Shown: one piece after another, positions 33,977 to 43,972 of the stretch
Position numbering within the stretch: the stretch's first letter is position 1
Layout of the letters: each line of letters starts with the position of its first letter
Source of the DNA: Iphione sp. A-MEVVRFRX5
Lineage: Eukaryota
Direction of reading: 5' to 3'
Assembly: GCA_976226885.1 (NCBI GenBank)
Contig: OZ320314.1
Coordinates: forward strand, 63,240,001-63,304,000
Length of the DNA: 64,000 nt
Program-made: the position numbers and the translations under genes
The notes under the pieces: generated by a model
What the model was told of the DNA's origin: nothing
The model's input: the letters and a program-made list of their open reading frames with translations, nothing else
Database searches by the model: none

Positions 33977-35572
33977 TTATTGTCTAATGTCAGATTTGAA
34001 ACTGTTCATTATGTAGAGTGTATCATAGTGTGTAATTGTTTGGTTTGAGGCATTCCATGCTTGTATTATTCTCTGATGGGTGCATTTTGATATATGTGGA
34101 TTGTTGATGTTGTGGGCAGCAATAAATTTATCCTGACTGTCATCATGAAGATTATAGGTGGTTGACCTTAGTGTGCAGTGTTTCTGAAGGAATTGTGGGT
34201 GGAGTTTGAGAGTGGCTTTATATGCTTGGATCAATAGGTGCAGATTGATTCTTTCTCTCACTGTCATCATCCCTGATAGTTCATGGACTTCAATTGTTGG
34301 GGTCAATATATCAAGACTCATTGCACATTCAAGTCCCCTGTTCTGGAGCTTTTGTATCTGTTGAAAGATAGAGAGTGGGACTATCAACCAAATAATGTCC
34401 AGATAGTTCAATGTATGGTATGATTAACATTTTGTAGAGCATAAGATTGGTTCTTGTGTCAAGGAATTTATTGATTATGCTCAATGAGGTTATTTGATGA
34501 CTAACTGTTTTGATCACATGTTGTGCATGAAATTTCATAGTAAGATTGTTGTCCAGGTGTAAGCCAAGATATTTTTATGTAGAGCATTGTTCTACAGAGG
34601 TAGCATTCAGTAACAGTATACAGTTATTCCTGATTGTGTTGATGTTTCTCGAAGTGCGAAAGACCATGTATTTGGTTTTACTAATATTGAGCACCAATTT
34701 GTGGTAGGTTAGCCAGTCATAGATTCGGTATAGGGTAGTTTGTGCAATTTTGACACTTTTGTTGATATTTTTATGACTGATCAATATTACTGTGTTGTCT
34801 GTATACATACTGTAGTGAAGATCCCCAATTGCTTTGTGGATATAATCTATATAAAGGATGAACATTATTGGGCTGAGTACTGATCCTTGGGGTACTCCTG
34901 CCATTATGTTCATCTTGTGTGATAGTGTGCCATTCACTCAGGTTGTCTGTTGTCTATTTTGTAGATAGTCTTTAAGAAGATTAAGAGGTGGTCCTGTAAT
35001 TCCAATTTGCCTAAACTTGTCTAGGAGCATTGTTTGAGATATAGTGTTGAAAGCGTTACTAATGTCCAAGAAAAGTGCTATTGTTTGAAGTTTATTTGCA
35101 TTGTTCTGTCTGATTGTGTCTGTAACGTACTGCACCATGGTAAAGGTTGAGTATCCAGATCTGTAGCCTCCTTATCTATTTGATAATATATTGTTTTGGT
35201 TTATATATTGCATTAGTTGAGTAGGTATAATTTTCTCTAGTAATTTGTGCGTAAGGGGAGCACTGAGATAGGTCTGTAGTTGATAGCTTGAGATCTGTCC
35301 CCTCCTTTGAACAGTGCAGTTACTATTGCTTGCTTCCAGGATGTCAGTATATTCTGAATCTGCAGGATTCTGTTTAACAGAATAGTGAGTGGATGTACTA
35401 GCATCTGAGTTAAATTTAAAATTATTTTCATTGGTATACCATCTATGCATGAGGGTTTGGTTGCCGAAAAGGTTTTGAGTATTTTGGTAACTTCTTCAGT
35501 ATCTGTAGGCTGTAGTGTATCAAAAACTGAGTCTAGTTTGTTGAAGTAATATTGGGTATTAGGTTTCGGTAC
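33977..35572 (-). pseudogene. Decayed CR1/L2-group LINE, RT part (3' fragment)
   Basis: Frameshifted fragments YRPISVLP, FLDISNAFNTI, GVPQGSVLSP, YTDNT, NISKTKYM; continues at 47559 across the Gypsy insertion. Confidence 0.85.
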
Positions 35573-35586
35573 TGTAATGTGATAAT

Positions 35587-36207
35587 GTTACCTGTGGCAC
35601 CACAGCCACTCGTATTGTACTTAGCGAACTCTAAGACTTAGTAGTAACATTGCCTGCGGCACCACAGTTGTGTAGATTGTAGTAGTAACGTTGCCTGTGG
35701 CACCACAGCCACTCGTGTTGTACTCTAAGACGTAATAGTAATACTGCCTGTGGTTCCACAGCCACTTGTGTTGCACTTGATGAACTCTAAGACTTAGTAG
35801 TAACGTTGCCTGTGGCACCACAGTTGTGTAGATCGTAGTAGTGACGTTGCCTGTGGCACCACAGTCACTTGTGTTGTACTTGATGAACTCTAAGACTTAG
35901 TAGTAACGTTGCCTGCGGCACCACAGTTGTATAGATTGTAATAGTAACGTTGCCTGTGGCACCACAGCCACTTGTGTTGTACTTGATGAACTCTAGGACT
36001 TAGTAGTAACGTTGCCTGTGGCACCACAGTCACTTGTGTTGTACTTGATGAACTCTAGGACTTAGTAGTAACGTTGCCTGGGGCACCACAGTCACTTGTG
36101 TTGTACTTGGTGAACTCTAAGACTTTAGTGCATGTGTACTGGAGAGTAAGCTTAGGGCCGCCTGTGGCACCACAGTCATTTATGCTGGATGGCCTGTGGT
36201 ACCACAG
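35587..36207 (+). repeat. U3 tandem array: 12 units with palindromic core CTGTGGCACCACAG, mostly alternating 62-bp and 41-bp units
   Basis: Units counted by eye; 11 units in the 3' LTR (about 46536-47094). Confidence 0.9.
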
Positions 36208-36354
36208 GCATATAGGATGTCTAAGGTCACCTTGAACCCTGGATGGCAAGGCACCTGCAATATGATTGGTAGACAGAAAAAAATCTTTGGAATGTTGTAG
36301 CCTTTTTATTCCATGACTGATACATTGTACTAATCACATGACCAGGAGTTTGGC

Positions 36355-36390
36355 TATAAATATGGGCCCGGTGTGGCCAATAAAACAGTT
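36355..36390 (+). promoter_or_regulatory. LTR core promoter: TATAAAT (36355), AATAAA (36379), Inr-like CAGTT (36386)
   Basis: TATA to Inr spacing about 32 nt; poly(A) signal lies just upstream of the predicted start. Confidence 0.6.
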
Positions 36391-36672
36391 TGCACTTGGA
36401 CCTCACTAGTGGACCTTGTTGATTTGGGATGTAACAAACCCACTTGGATTACCTAGGGTTGGCACTTGGATGTAACCGCACTGGGACTACAGTGAAGTAA
36501 CTGAGACAGGATAGCACTAGACATAGCTGGATCTACCAAGTGGGAGATTTAACAGAGAATTATCCTGGAGTTAGGACTTGGATAAAATATCACTGGAATT
36601 ATAGTGGAGTAACTAAGCGAGTTGGACTTAGTTGGATTACACCAAGTGAGGAAGTCAGCCATTAAATTACAC

Positions 36673-36690
36673 TGGTGGCAGCGGTGGGAT
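36673..36690 (+). promoter_or_regulatory. Primer-binding site complementary to tRNA-Leu (AAG/UAG)
   Basis: TGGTGGCAGCGGTGGGAT, 18 nt complementary to the recalled tRNA-Leu 3' end ATCCCACCGCTGCCACCA. Confidence 0.88.
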
Positions 36691-36703
36691 AAACATTGAC
36701 AAC

Positions 36704-37543
36704 ATGGCTACACACTACGTGGCAGTGGACGACGAAGTGCAGATTCGGGTTCCTAGCCCAGCACCAGCGGGCAGCGATGAGGAAGAAGGTGAGCAATTTG
36801 AACTGGCCCCTGAGCAGCCATTGAAAATGAATGCCATGAAGCCAGAGCGCTTCGATGGTAAGACTGTGGATTGGGACAGTTGGATAGGCCAATTCACGGA
36901 GTGGGCGGATGCTTGCAAGTGGAATGAGAATACCCGCTGTTCCGCATTAACACTATCACTCACTGGCCCAGCGCGAATGTATTATGGGGATCTACCGCCA
37001 GAGGATAAGCGGGATTATGGGTCACGGGTCACTGCGTTGGAGCGACGGTTCGGCAGGCGACGCGACCGAGTGGTGGCCATGCAGAAGCTCTCCAGTATCC
37101 GTAGGCAAAAGGACGAGGACGTTCGCGACCTGGCCGATCGAGTGAGGCGTCTGGTGAGGAGTGCATACCCTGATGTGTCCGGGGAAACCCGGGAGCTGGC
37201 AGCCGTAGCCGCTTTTCAACGATCTTTGGCCGATTCTCTTCATCTCAAGTGCCTGGAGGCGAAGTGTACAACTTTGGACGCCGCTGTACAGGTGGTGGAG
37301 ACCCAAGAGCGCTTCGTCGCTAAGAAGATACAGGTAGTACAGGCCCCCTCAACTCCGGCGTGGACAAAACCTATGGAGGAACTTACCAAGGAGCTCGCGA
37401 AAATCCGAGAGGAGATGCAGACCCGAGAGGAAGTACGAAACAGGAAGCCACGCTACACAAAATGCTTCCAGTGCGGGCAGGACGGCCATTTTCGACGGGA
37501 CTGTCCTGAGTTGCAGGGAAACGGATCCCAGTCGGCCAACTAG
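36704..37543 (+). CDS. gag: Gag (279 aa) with CCHC zinc knuckle
   Basis: PERFDG, WDSWIGQF, LSLTGPA, DLADRVRRLVRSAYP, CFQCGQDGHFRRDC. Confidence 0.93.
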   Translation: MATHYVAVDDEVQIRVPSPAPAGSDEEEGEQFELAPEQPLKMNAMKPERFDGKTVDWDSWIGQFTEWADACKWNENTRCSALTLSLTGPARMYYGDLPPEDKRDYGSRVTALERRFGRRRDRVVAMQKLSSIRRQKDEDVRDLADRVRRLVRSAYPDVSGETRELAAVAAFQRSLADSLHLKCLEAKCTTLDAAVQVVETQERFVAKKIQVVQAPSTPAWTKPMEELTKELAKIREEMQTREEVRNRKPRYTKCFQCGQDGHFRRDCPELQGNGSQSAN

Positions 37544-37550
37544 GCCGGGA
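37516..37550 (+). promoter_or_regulatory. Predicted -1 ribosomal frameshift signal (G GGA AAC plus downstream stem)
   Basis: Slippery heptamer in gag frame; -1 frame is open for 23 codons into pol; CGGCC-AACTA-GGCCG hairpin follows. Confidence 0.75.
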
Positions 37551-37584
37551 TGGTACGACTGGAATAACACTAACGGGGACTACA

Positions 37585-40500
37585 ATGGAACCAGGTCAGG
37601 GACCACGGCTGAAGGTGAGCCTTGATGGAAGGTCAGTAGAACTGTTGATTGACACTGGTGCTGAGGTATCCATTGTTAACCCCCGTGTGGTCCCTGGCCT
37701 GGAGGGAGAAGGGTCCCCGACACGTATCACTGGGGTGGGGGGACATGTTATCCCTACCTTAGGGCATCATACCTGTGTACTGGAGATAGCAGGGGAGAGC
37801 TTCAGTCATTCCTTCCTAGTAGCGGAGGTGGAAGAGGATGGGATCTTGGGAAGCGACTTTCTGTGTCAACACCGCGCAGTGATTGATCTTGCTAGAAAAG
37901 AGATAGCTCTGAACCGGTGCTGCCGAGTGGCTAGACAGGAGACAGAGGTACGAGTGGCCCATGACGTGACATTACCGGCTGGGGCAGGGCTAGCTGTGCT
38001 CATTAACCACCATGGAGAGACACCCCTGATGGTAGAAGGACTATTAGAGTCACAGTGGAGACAGGGGGTTGTTGGGATGAGATGCCTTGTTGAGTCGACC
38101 TTGCCCATGTGGAATACCACCGACACAGAGATATTCCTGAGGCAGGGGACACAGATTGCTGTGGGGGTGCCTACCCAACCCTGGGAGGAAATCCCCGCGA
38201 GCCCCAAGAAAGGTGTGTATGCAATCAGGAAGGCAGTAGCGGATGTCATCCAAGAGTTGGTGAAGCCTACGGATGGGACCCTTACATCTGAACAGCAGGG
38301 GCAACTGAGAAGATTACTAAGAAAACATAGCCCTACTTTTGCCCGGGACCGAGATGACTTGGGGCGCACAGATGTGGTGCAGCACCGCATTTTCACTGAG
38401 GACCGCCATCCTATAAAACAACCCCCGAGGAGACTCCCCCTTTCCAAGAGACAGGAAGAGCGGAAACTAGTTAAGGAGATGAAAGATCTGGGGGTAATCG
38501 TTGAAAGCAGCAGTCCTTGGTCTAGCCCCGTGGTGATGGTAAAAAAGAAGGACGGCACCACTCGCTTCTGTGTCGACTATCGAAAACTAAATGGAAAGAC
38601 GAAGGTTGACGCCTACCCCTTGCCCAGGATCGATGACTCCCTGAGTACCCTGGCGGGGGCCAAATACTTTTGCTCACTTGACCTGGCGTCCGGCTACTGG
38701 CAAGTCAGGATGCACCCAGAAGACCAGGAGAAAACGGCGTTCTCCACCTCGGTTGGGTTGTATGAATTTACGGTAATGCCATTCGGTCTGATTAACGCCC
38801 CAGCAACCTTCGAACGACTAATGGATACAGTGTTGCGCGGCTTGACCTGGGAACAGTGCTTAGTGTACTTGGATGACATTTTGGTCTTTGGGAGGACCTT
38901 CCAAGAAACCATGGCTCGTTTGGATCGGGTGCTGACACGGCTAGCTGCGGCTGGGCTCAAACTCAAGCCCTCTAAATGTCAGCTGTTCCTGCAAGAGATA
39001 GGTTTCCTGGGGCACATCGTCTCACCGAAGGGGGTGGCTACCGATCCCAGTAAGACGAAGAGTATAGAAGAGTGGCCGACCCCGACCTGCACGACAGAAG
39101 TGCGAGCCTTCCTGGGTCTCTGTTCTTACTACCGCCGGTATGTGCCACACTTCGCCAATGTGGCCGCTCCTCTGCACAAGTTGACCGGTACTAAGACGCG
39201 ATTTACCTGGGGAGACCCGGAAGAGGCAGCATTTCGGGATCTGAAGGCGGCTCTAGCGTCTAGCCCAATACTGGGATACCCACAGCCAGAGGGGCGGTAC
39301 TTCCTGGATATCGACGCCAGCAATGTGGGCATTGGAGCTGTACTAGCCCAGAGGCAGGAGGAACGAGAGGTGGTACTGGCCTACTACAGTCGTAGCTTGA
39401 GCGAGACAGAGCGACGGTACTGCGTGATGCGTAGAGAGCTGCTCGCTGTGGTGGCGGCCCTGAAACACTTCCACTTTTACTTGTACGGACAGGAAGTCAC
39501 CGTGCGGACCGATAATGGGGCGGTAAGTTGGCTGCGCCGTATTAAAGACCCAGAGGGGCAGCTAGCCCGTTGGCTGGAACGTGTGGGACAATACAACATC
39601 CAACTGGAGCATCGAGCGGGTCGCTTGAATGCAAATGCGGACGCCCTCTCCCGTAAAACCTGTAGGCAATGCAAACAAGAACACCTAACGGAAGACGCAG
39701 TGATAGAAAAAGTACGAGCTGTGACTCGCAGCCAGTCAACGGGAACTGGACATCCGGAACTACGGATGGCCCAACTCCAAGATGAGGAGGTAGGGCCAAT
39801 CCTTAGAGCTATGGAATCGGACCCCCAACAGCCTGCCTGGGAGTGGGTGGCGCCAGCATCGGCTGCAACGAAGAGCCTTTGGAGACAGTGGAGCCGACTT
39901 ACCGTGAGCGGAGGTCTGCTGCAGAGGAAGTGGACAGGACTTGGCGGGGAGCCTTCCCGGCTGCAGGTGGTCTTGCCAGTCGCCCTTCGAGAAAAAGCCT
40001 TCAAGGAAGTACATGCGGGCCAGATGGGAGCCCACCTAGCTGCCGAACGAACTACCTACCTGGTAGCCCTCGCCTATTACTGGCCGGGGATGACAGGGAA
40101 CATCGCAGCCTGGTGCAGAGACTGTCACTGTGCTCTGCTCAACCGGGATCCTTTCCGGCCGCAGGTGCCTCTGAAAACTTACCTGTCGGGGGAACCCATG
40201 GAACGATGGTCAATGGATGTGGCCGGACCCTTGCCTCTAACTGCGCGAGGAAACCGCTACATCCTGATGGTGGGGGATCACTTCACAAAGTGGCTTGAGG
40301 CGTTCCCCCTACCAGACCAGAAAGCCCCAAAAATCGCCCGGATCCTAGCCGAGGAGGTAATCGCTCGCTATGGTTGTTTCCACGAGCTGCACAGTGACCA
40401 GGGAACAAATTTCTGCAGCGAAATCATCACGGCCCTCTGTGACTATCTGCACATCAAGAAGACCAGGACCACCCCGCGACACCCGCAAAGCGACGGGTTC

Positions 40501-41124
40501 ATTGAACGTAGCTTCCGGACCTTGGGGAAGATGATCAAAGCACATTGCCACGAGAGCCAAGATGAGTGGGACACAGCACTCCCTTTCCTCATGATGGCGT
40601 ATAGGGCTTCACCACAAGCTAGCACCGGGTACACCCCGAACTACCTGATGTTCGGACGTGAGGTTACTCTTCCGGTGCATGCGATGGACGGGCTTCCGTC
40701 GAAAAACCCAGAGGTGGAAGACTTACCTGACCCGGTAGGGGAAATGTTGCGACGACTTCAAGAGGCATATGGTAGAGTCCGGAAGAACCTGAGGACGGCG
40801 GCTCGATCCCAGGCCCGAGCTTATGATCGGAGAATGAAGGGGGAAGCTTTGAAGGCGGGGGCGGTGGTATGGCTCCATGAGGCACAGCCACCAAAAGGGA
40901 GAAGCCCGAAGATTCACTTCCCCTGGTCAGGGCCGTGGCTAGTTACCCGAGCTCTGGATGATGAACGACTGATTGTGCAACGCTCTAAACAAGCGAGGCC
41001 GAGAGTAGTACATCGGAATCGGTTACGGTTGTATCGCGGGGAACGATTACCCCGGTGGATCATCTCCTGGCGGAGGAAGGCGGAGCTCTCCGCCCCAGAT
41101 GGCGGTGGCAGGGTCTCCGTATAG
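37585..41124 (+). CDS. pol: Pol: protease, RT, RNase H, integrase (1179 aa from first ATG; probably expressed as gag-pol)
   Basis: LIDTGA, YLDD, DIDASNVGIG, ADALSR, H..QMGAH...C, DVAGP / SDQG / ERSFR, PWSGPW. Confidence 0.96.
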   Translation: MEPGQGPRLKVSLDGRSVELLIDTGAEVSIVNPRVVPGLEGEGSPTRITGVGGHVIPTLGHHTCVLEIAGESFSHSFLVAEVEEDGILGSDFLCQHRAVIDLARKEIALNRCCRVARQETEVRVAHDVTLPAGAGLAVLINHHGETPLMVEGLLESQWRQGVVGMRCLVESTLPMWNTTDTEIFLRQGTQIAVGVPTQPWEEIPASPKKGVYAIRKAVADVIQELVKPTDGTLTSEQQGQLRRLLRKHSPTFARDRDDLGRTDVVQHRIFTEDRHPIKQPPRRLPLSKRQEERKLVKEMKDLGVIVESSSPWSSPVVMVKKKDGTTRFCVDYRKLNGKTKVDAYPLPRIDDSLSTLAGAKYFCSLDLASGYWQVRMHPEDQEKTAFSTSVGLYEFTVMPFGLINAPATFERLMDTVLRGLTWEQCLVYLDDILVFGRTFQETMARLDRVLTRLAAAGLKLKPSKCQLFLQEIGFLGHIVSPKGVATDPSKTKSIEEWPTPTCTTEVRAFLGLCSYYRRYVPHFANVAAPLHKLTGTKTRFTWGDPEEAAFRDLKAALASSPILGYPQPEGRYFLDIDASNVGIGAVLAQRQEEREVVLAYYSRSLSETERRYCVMRRELLAVVAALKHFHFYLYGQEVTVRTDNGAVSWLRRIKDPEGQLARWLERVGQYNIQLEHRAGRLNANADALSRKTCRQCKQEHLTEDAVIEKVRAVTRSQSTGTGHPELRMAQLQDEEVGPILRAMESDPQQPAWEWVAPASAATKSLWRQWSRLTVSGGLLQRKWTGLGGEPSRLQVVLPVALREKAFKEVHAGQMGAHLAAERTTYLVALAYYWPGMTGNIAAWCRDCHCALLNRDPFRPQVPLKTYLSGEPMERWSMDVAGPLPLTARGNRYILMVGDHFTKWLEAFPLPDQKAPKIARILAEEVIARYGCFHELHSDQGTNFCSEIITALCDYLHIKKTRTTPRHPQSDGFIERSFRTLGKMIKAHCHESQDEWDTALPFLMMAYRASPQASTGYTPNYLMFGREVTLPVHAMDGLPSKNPEVEDLPDPVGEMLRRLQEAYGRVRKNLRTAARSQARAYDRRMKGEALKAGAVVWLHEAQPPKGRSPKIHFPWSGPWLVTRALDDERLIVQRSKQARPRVVHRNRLRLYRGERLPRWIISWRRKAELSAPDGGGRVSV

Positions 41125-41899
41125 GAAGCCGGAATAAGGAGATGGGCGAAGAAGACGTTCGGGACGGGTGTCCTGGAGACTCACATATGAGTCTGAAGAT
41201 AGGAGGACAAACATCCTGGCTGCGCTCGAAATGGTTCGTGGGGAGCGGTGGACGGCCCGGAGCCACTGAGGCTCGAAATAACCACCAGAGGCGTCACAGG
41301 TGGCCTGAGGGTTTATCGACCGGCAACGACCTGTGGGAGGGGAGGCCTCCCTGGTAGCACTCGAAAAGTCCGCGGGGCGATTAGGGAACGCCCGGAAGCG
41401 CATGTCACGCTCAAAAATTCCCTGGAGGAGGATGAACATCCTGGGGTTTACCCGGCCCAAAAGTTCATGGAGGAGGGCGGACCTCCTGGAGTTGCTCGAA
41501 AGGCCTGGCGAGGGAAACGAACACCCTGGAGCGCGCAAAAAGTTTGTGGAACGGGTAGGGAGAGAACGTCCCGGAGGCCGTGGAGCTCGAAACGGTTCGG
41601 TGTAAGAGACGCGGAGAGATCGGAGGATGATGTCGGCATCATTCCCCCGGGAAACATTATGACAGGCAGAAGAAGTAATGAAGCCTAGTTGCGGTATGTG
41701 TCCTCTGGACGGGAGAGAAGACCAAGCTCCAGTCCTTGTCCTCTGGACGGGGGGGTGGCCGAGTTGCCGTCCTTTTCCTCTGGAAGGAGCGAAGCACTCG
41801 GGATGGTGGACGACGGAAACCGAGCTGCGGTCCTTGTCCTCTGGGCGGGCCGTGCTAGAACAAAAGAAAGACGGAGAGACAGTTGAACTATGAACAAAT

Positions 41900-41905
41900 T
41901 TTAAT
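41900..41905 (-). terminator. Predicted poly(A) signal (ATTAAA) of the antisense accessory gene
   Basis: Minus-strand ATTAAA about 125 nt after the stop, followed by a U/GU-rich tract. Confidence 0.5.
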
Positions 41906-42028
41906 TCAAATCACCAACAATGGAACGAAGTGGGTAACAACTGCGAGTGGCGGACGATGAAAGTCATATATATACAAGTTACGGTCGCGGGATGAGTCTA
42001 TGTACAGATGGACGAGCGGAAAGTCCAC

Positions 42029-42728
42029 TTAAGAAGAGGAGGGAGGGGCATCCTCATCCTCGTCCTCGTCGGAGATTAGGATGGGATGCCATGCCAGGTC
42101 CCCGGGCTGCAGGTCGGGGTACCACGACGACAGGAAATCGGCCGGCCAGGAGGAGAGGGAAGCCCGCCCGAGGACTGGCCCCACATCAGGAGAACTGGAT
42201 GGGGCAGGCGAGCGGGATGGCGTGTCCACCGGCGAGCTCGTGTCCTCCGGGGAAGGCGACCGAGGACAGGTGGCGGAGGAGGTAGTGCTCGTAGAGTCAA
42301 CCTCGGTGGACGAGGCCACACCGCTAGAACAGCTATATGAGGGCGAGGCGCTGACGTCAGAGCTCGAGGAGGGCCAGGGGTCCAGCTGACTGGAGGTCAT
42401 CGAACAATGAGACCAGTCGTCCTCATCGGTGTGGCTGGATTCGACGTTGTCGAGGGAGGCGAGGTAGCTGGATACCTCTCCCAAACCGAGGTCGGGGGAC
42501 ACCGAGTCCTGGCGGGACCACAGAGGATCGTCGCTGCGGGGAAGAACTGGCTGGATCACCGGGTGCACAGAGATGCCCACCCAATGATCCGGGCCGTACA
42601 ACCGAATGTTGCCCGGAGCTGGGATGTACAGCGGATGGGTGGACATGGGATGCAACCCATACACCCTTATCGTAGGCCCAGGGGTGCCCACATCAATAAA
42701 CCGATAATACGGATCCGGGGGCTGAGAT
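42029..42728 (-). CDS. Antisense accessory gene, exon 2 (Pro/Tyr-rich segment then Ser/Asp-rich acidic tail)
   Basis: Acceptor T28-AACCCTTCTCTTGTTCCTCTTTCTAG at 42729; phase matches exon 1; open to the stop at 42029. Confidence 0.62.
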
Positions 42729-42750
42729 CTAGAAAGAGGAACAAGAGAAG

Positions 42751-42786
<36 letters not shown>

Positions 42787-42890
42787 GAACTCACCTGGAA
42801 CCTCCAAAGGAACATCAGTAACCGGCTTCAGGAAATCCAACATGGCAACTGGTAACTGGAGAAGGCCCCTAGCTGCATGTAAGTGCCTAC

Positions 42891-43024
42891 CTATCCTCCA
42901 CGGGGGGATAACCTTTCTGCTCTTCAGGGAAGTAATCCTCTCCCACAGGAGGACACCTCTCCTGATCTTCTGGTAGAAAGGCCCCTCCCTGGGAGAGGCC
43001 TGCAAGGTACGCTGGTAGTTCCAT
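42891..43024 (-). CDS. Antisense accessory gene, exon 1 (MELPAYLAGLSQGG...PPVEDR)
   Basis: ATG 43024 (alternative 43051); donor AG|GTAGGC at 42890; spliced ORF 277 aa. Confidence 0.6.
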
Positions 43025-43054
43025 GGGTGTGTACTGTCGGACGTCTAACATCGG

Positions 43055-43090
43055 ACTGACGGGTGACCATCGGTCGCACGCTCTTATATA
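43055..43090 (-). promoter_or_regulatory. Antisense core promoter: TATATAA (43090-43084) and Inr TCAGT (43059-43055)
   Basis: TATA starts 33 nt upstream of the Inr A; ATG 33 nt further downstream. Confidence 0.62.
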
Positions 43091-43108
43091 GCGAACGGAT
43101 AGAATTGA

Positions 43109-43914
43109 CTGGGGAACCGCAGTCGAGCGACAAACTGCGTAATCGTGCCTTGACAATACGACTGCGGAACCACAGCGAACAGATGGAATCGACTGGGGAA
43201 CCGCAGGCGAGCGGGAAACTGCGTAATAGCGCATTGATAATATGACTGTGGAACCACAGCGACATGGAGCATACGACAACAAGACTGCGGGGGCGCAGGC
43301 CGAGGGGACACCTTACCCCTGATACAGCCGACCATACCTTAAGAGGAAGCAGAACAGGAATTCGTGGGCTGTGGTACCACAGTCGAGGAACGACTCGGTG
43401 ACTGGGGACCCACAGTCGAGGAGGGGGGAATCCCGGAAGCGGACAACCCAAACATCCGCTAGCCTCGTTGTCGTTCTTGGGGAAGCCCTCCTGCGCGTTC
43501 GGGGAAGAGGAGCGTTTACTGTTCGAGGAAGAACTGATCGTAGAGAAGAAGACTTCCAAAAAGGAGGAGGAGAAAGACGGGCCACGAAGCAGAGGCAACT
43601 GCGGAACCACAGCGAGAGAGGAAATGCCGCGTTGAACACCAGAGGGAGGAGAATTGACCAGCCTCCTACGAACGGCGGCCGACTTCGTGGCGACTGCGGT
43701 CCCGCAGTGAGTAGCGGCTGCGGCCAACCTCCGTAAGTAAGTAACTGTGGAACCGCAGGGACAGTCGACAGAGGGGGACGGCCTATGACAACTGAGTTAC
43801 GGACCGAAAGTTGCCGATTTTTCTACAGACGGCGGCCGGCTTCGTGGCGACTGCGGTCCCGTAGTGGGTAGCGAACGGCCAACCTCCGTAGGTAAGACGA
43901 CTGCGGAACCGCAG
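43109..43914. promoter_or_regulatory. Internal array of about 11-12 palindromic CTGBGG-NN-CCRCAG sites between the divergent accessory genes
   Basis: Copies at 43109, 43162, 43193, 43246, 43369, 43402, 43599, 43694, 43745, 43851, 43901 (degenerate 43285); embedded in about 84-bp and about 157-bp duplications. Confidence 0.8.
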
Positions 43915-43972
43915 TGATAGTCGACAGGGGAACGGCTTATGACAACTGGGGGACCCCATACGACTGTTGAGG

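Larger units (their letters stand above)
35573..36671 (+). repeat. 5' LTR (1099 bp)
   Basis: Matches 46522-47558. Confidence 0.95.

Noticed and set aside
35587-36207. CRISPR-like array (palindromic repeat with intervening sequences), also at 46536-47094
   Set aside because: The intervening sequences fall into two near-identical classes rather than unique spacers; the array lies in eukaryotic LTR U3 and no cas genes are present.
42755-42782. A28 run as the tail of an inserted processed retrocopy (AATAAA at about 42695)
   Set aside because: No TSD found; on the minus strand the run is the pyrimidine tract of a phase-correct intron, which explains it better. A plus-strand poly(A) role is not fully excluded.
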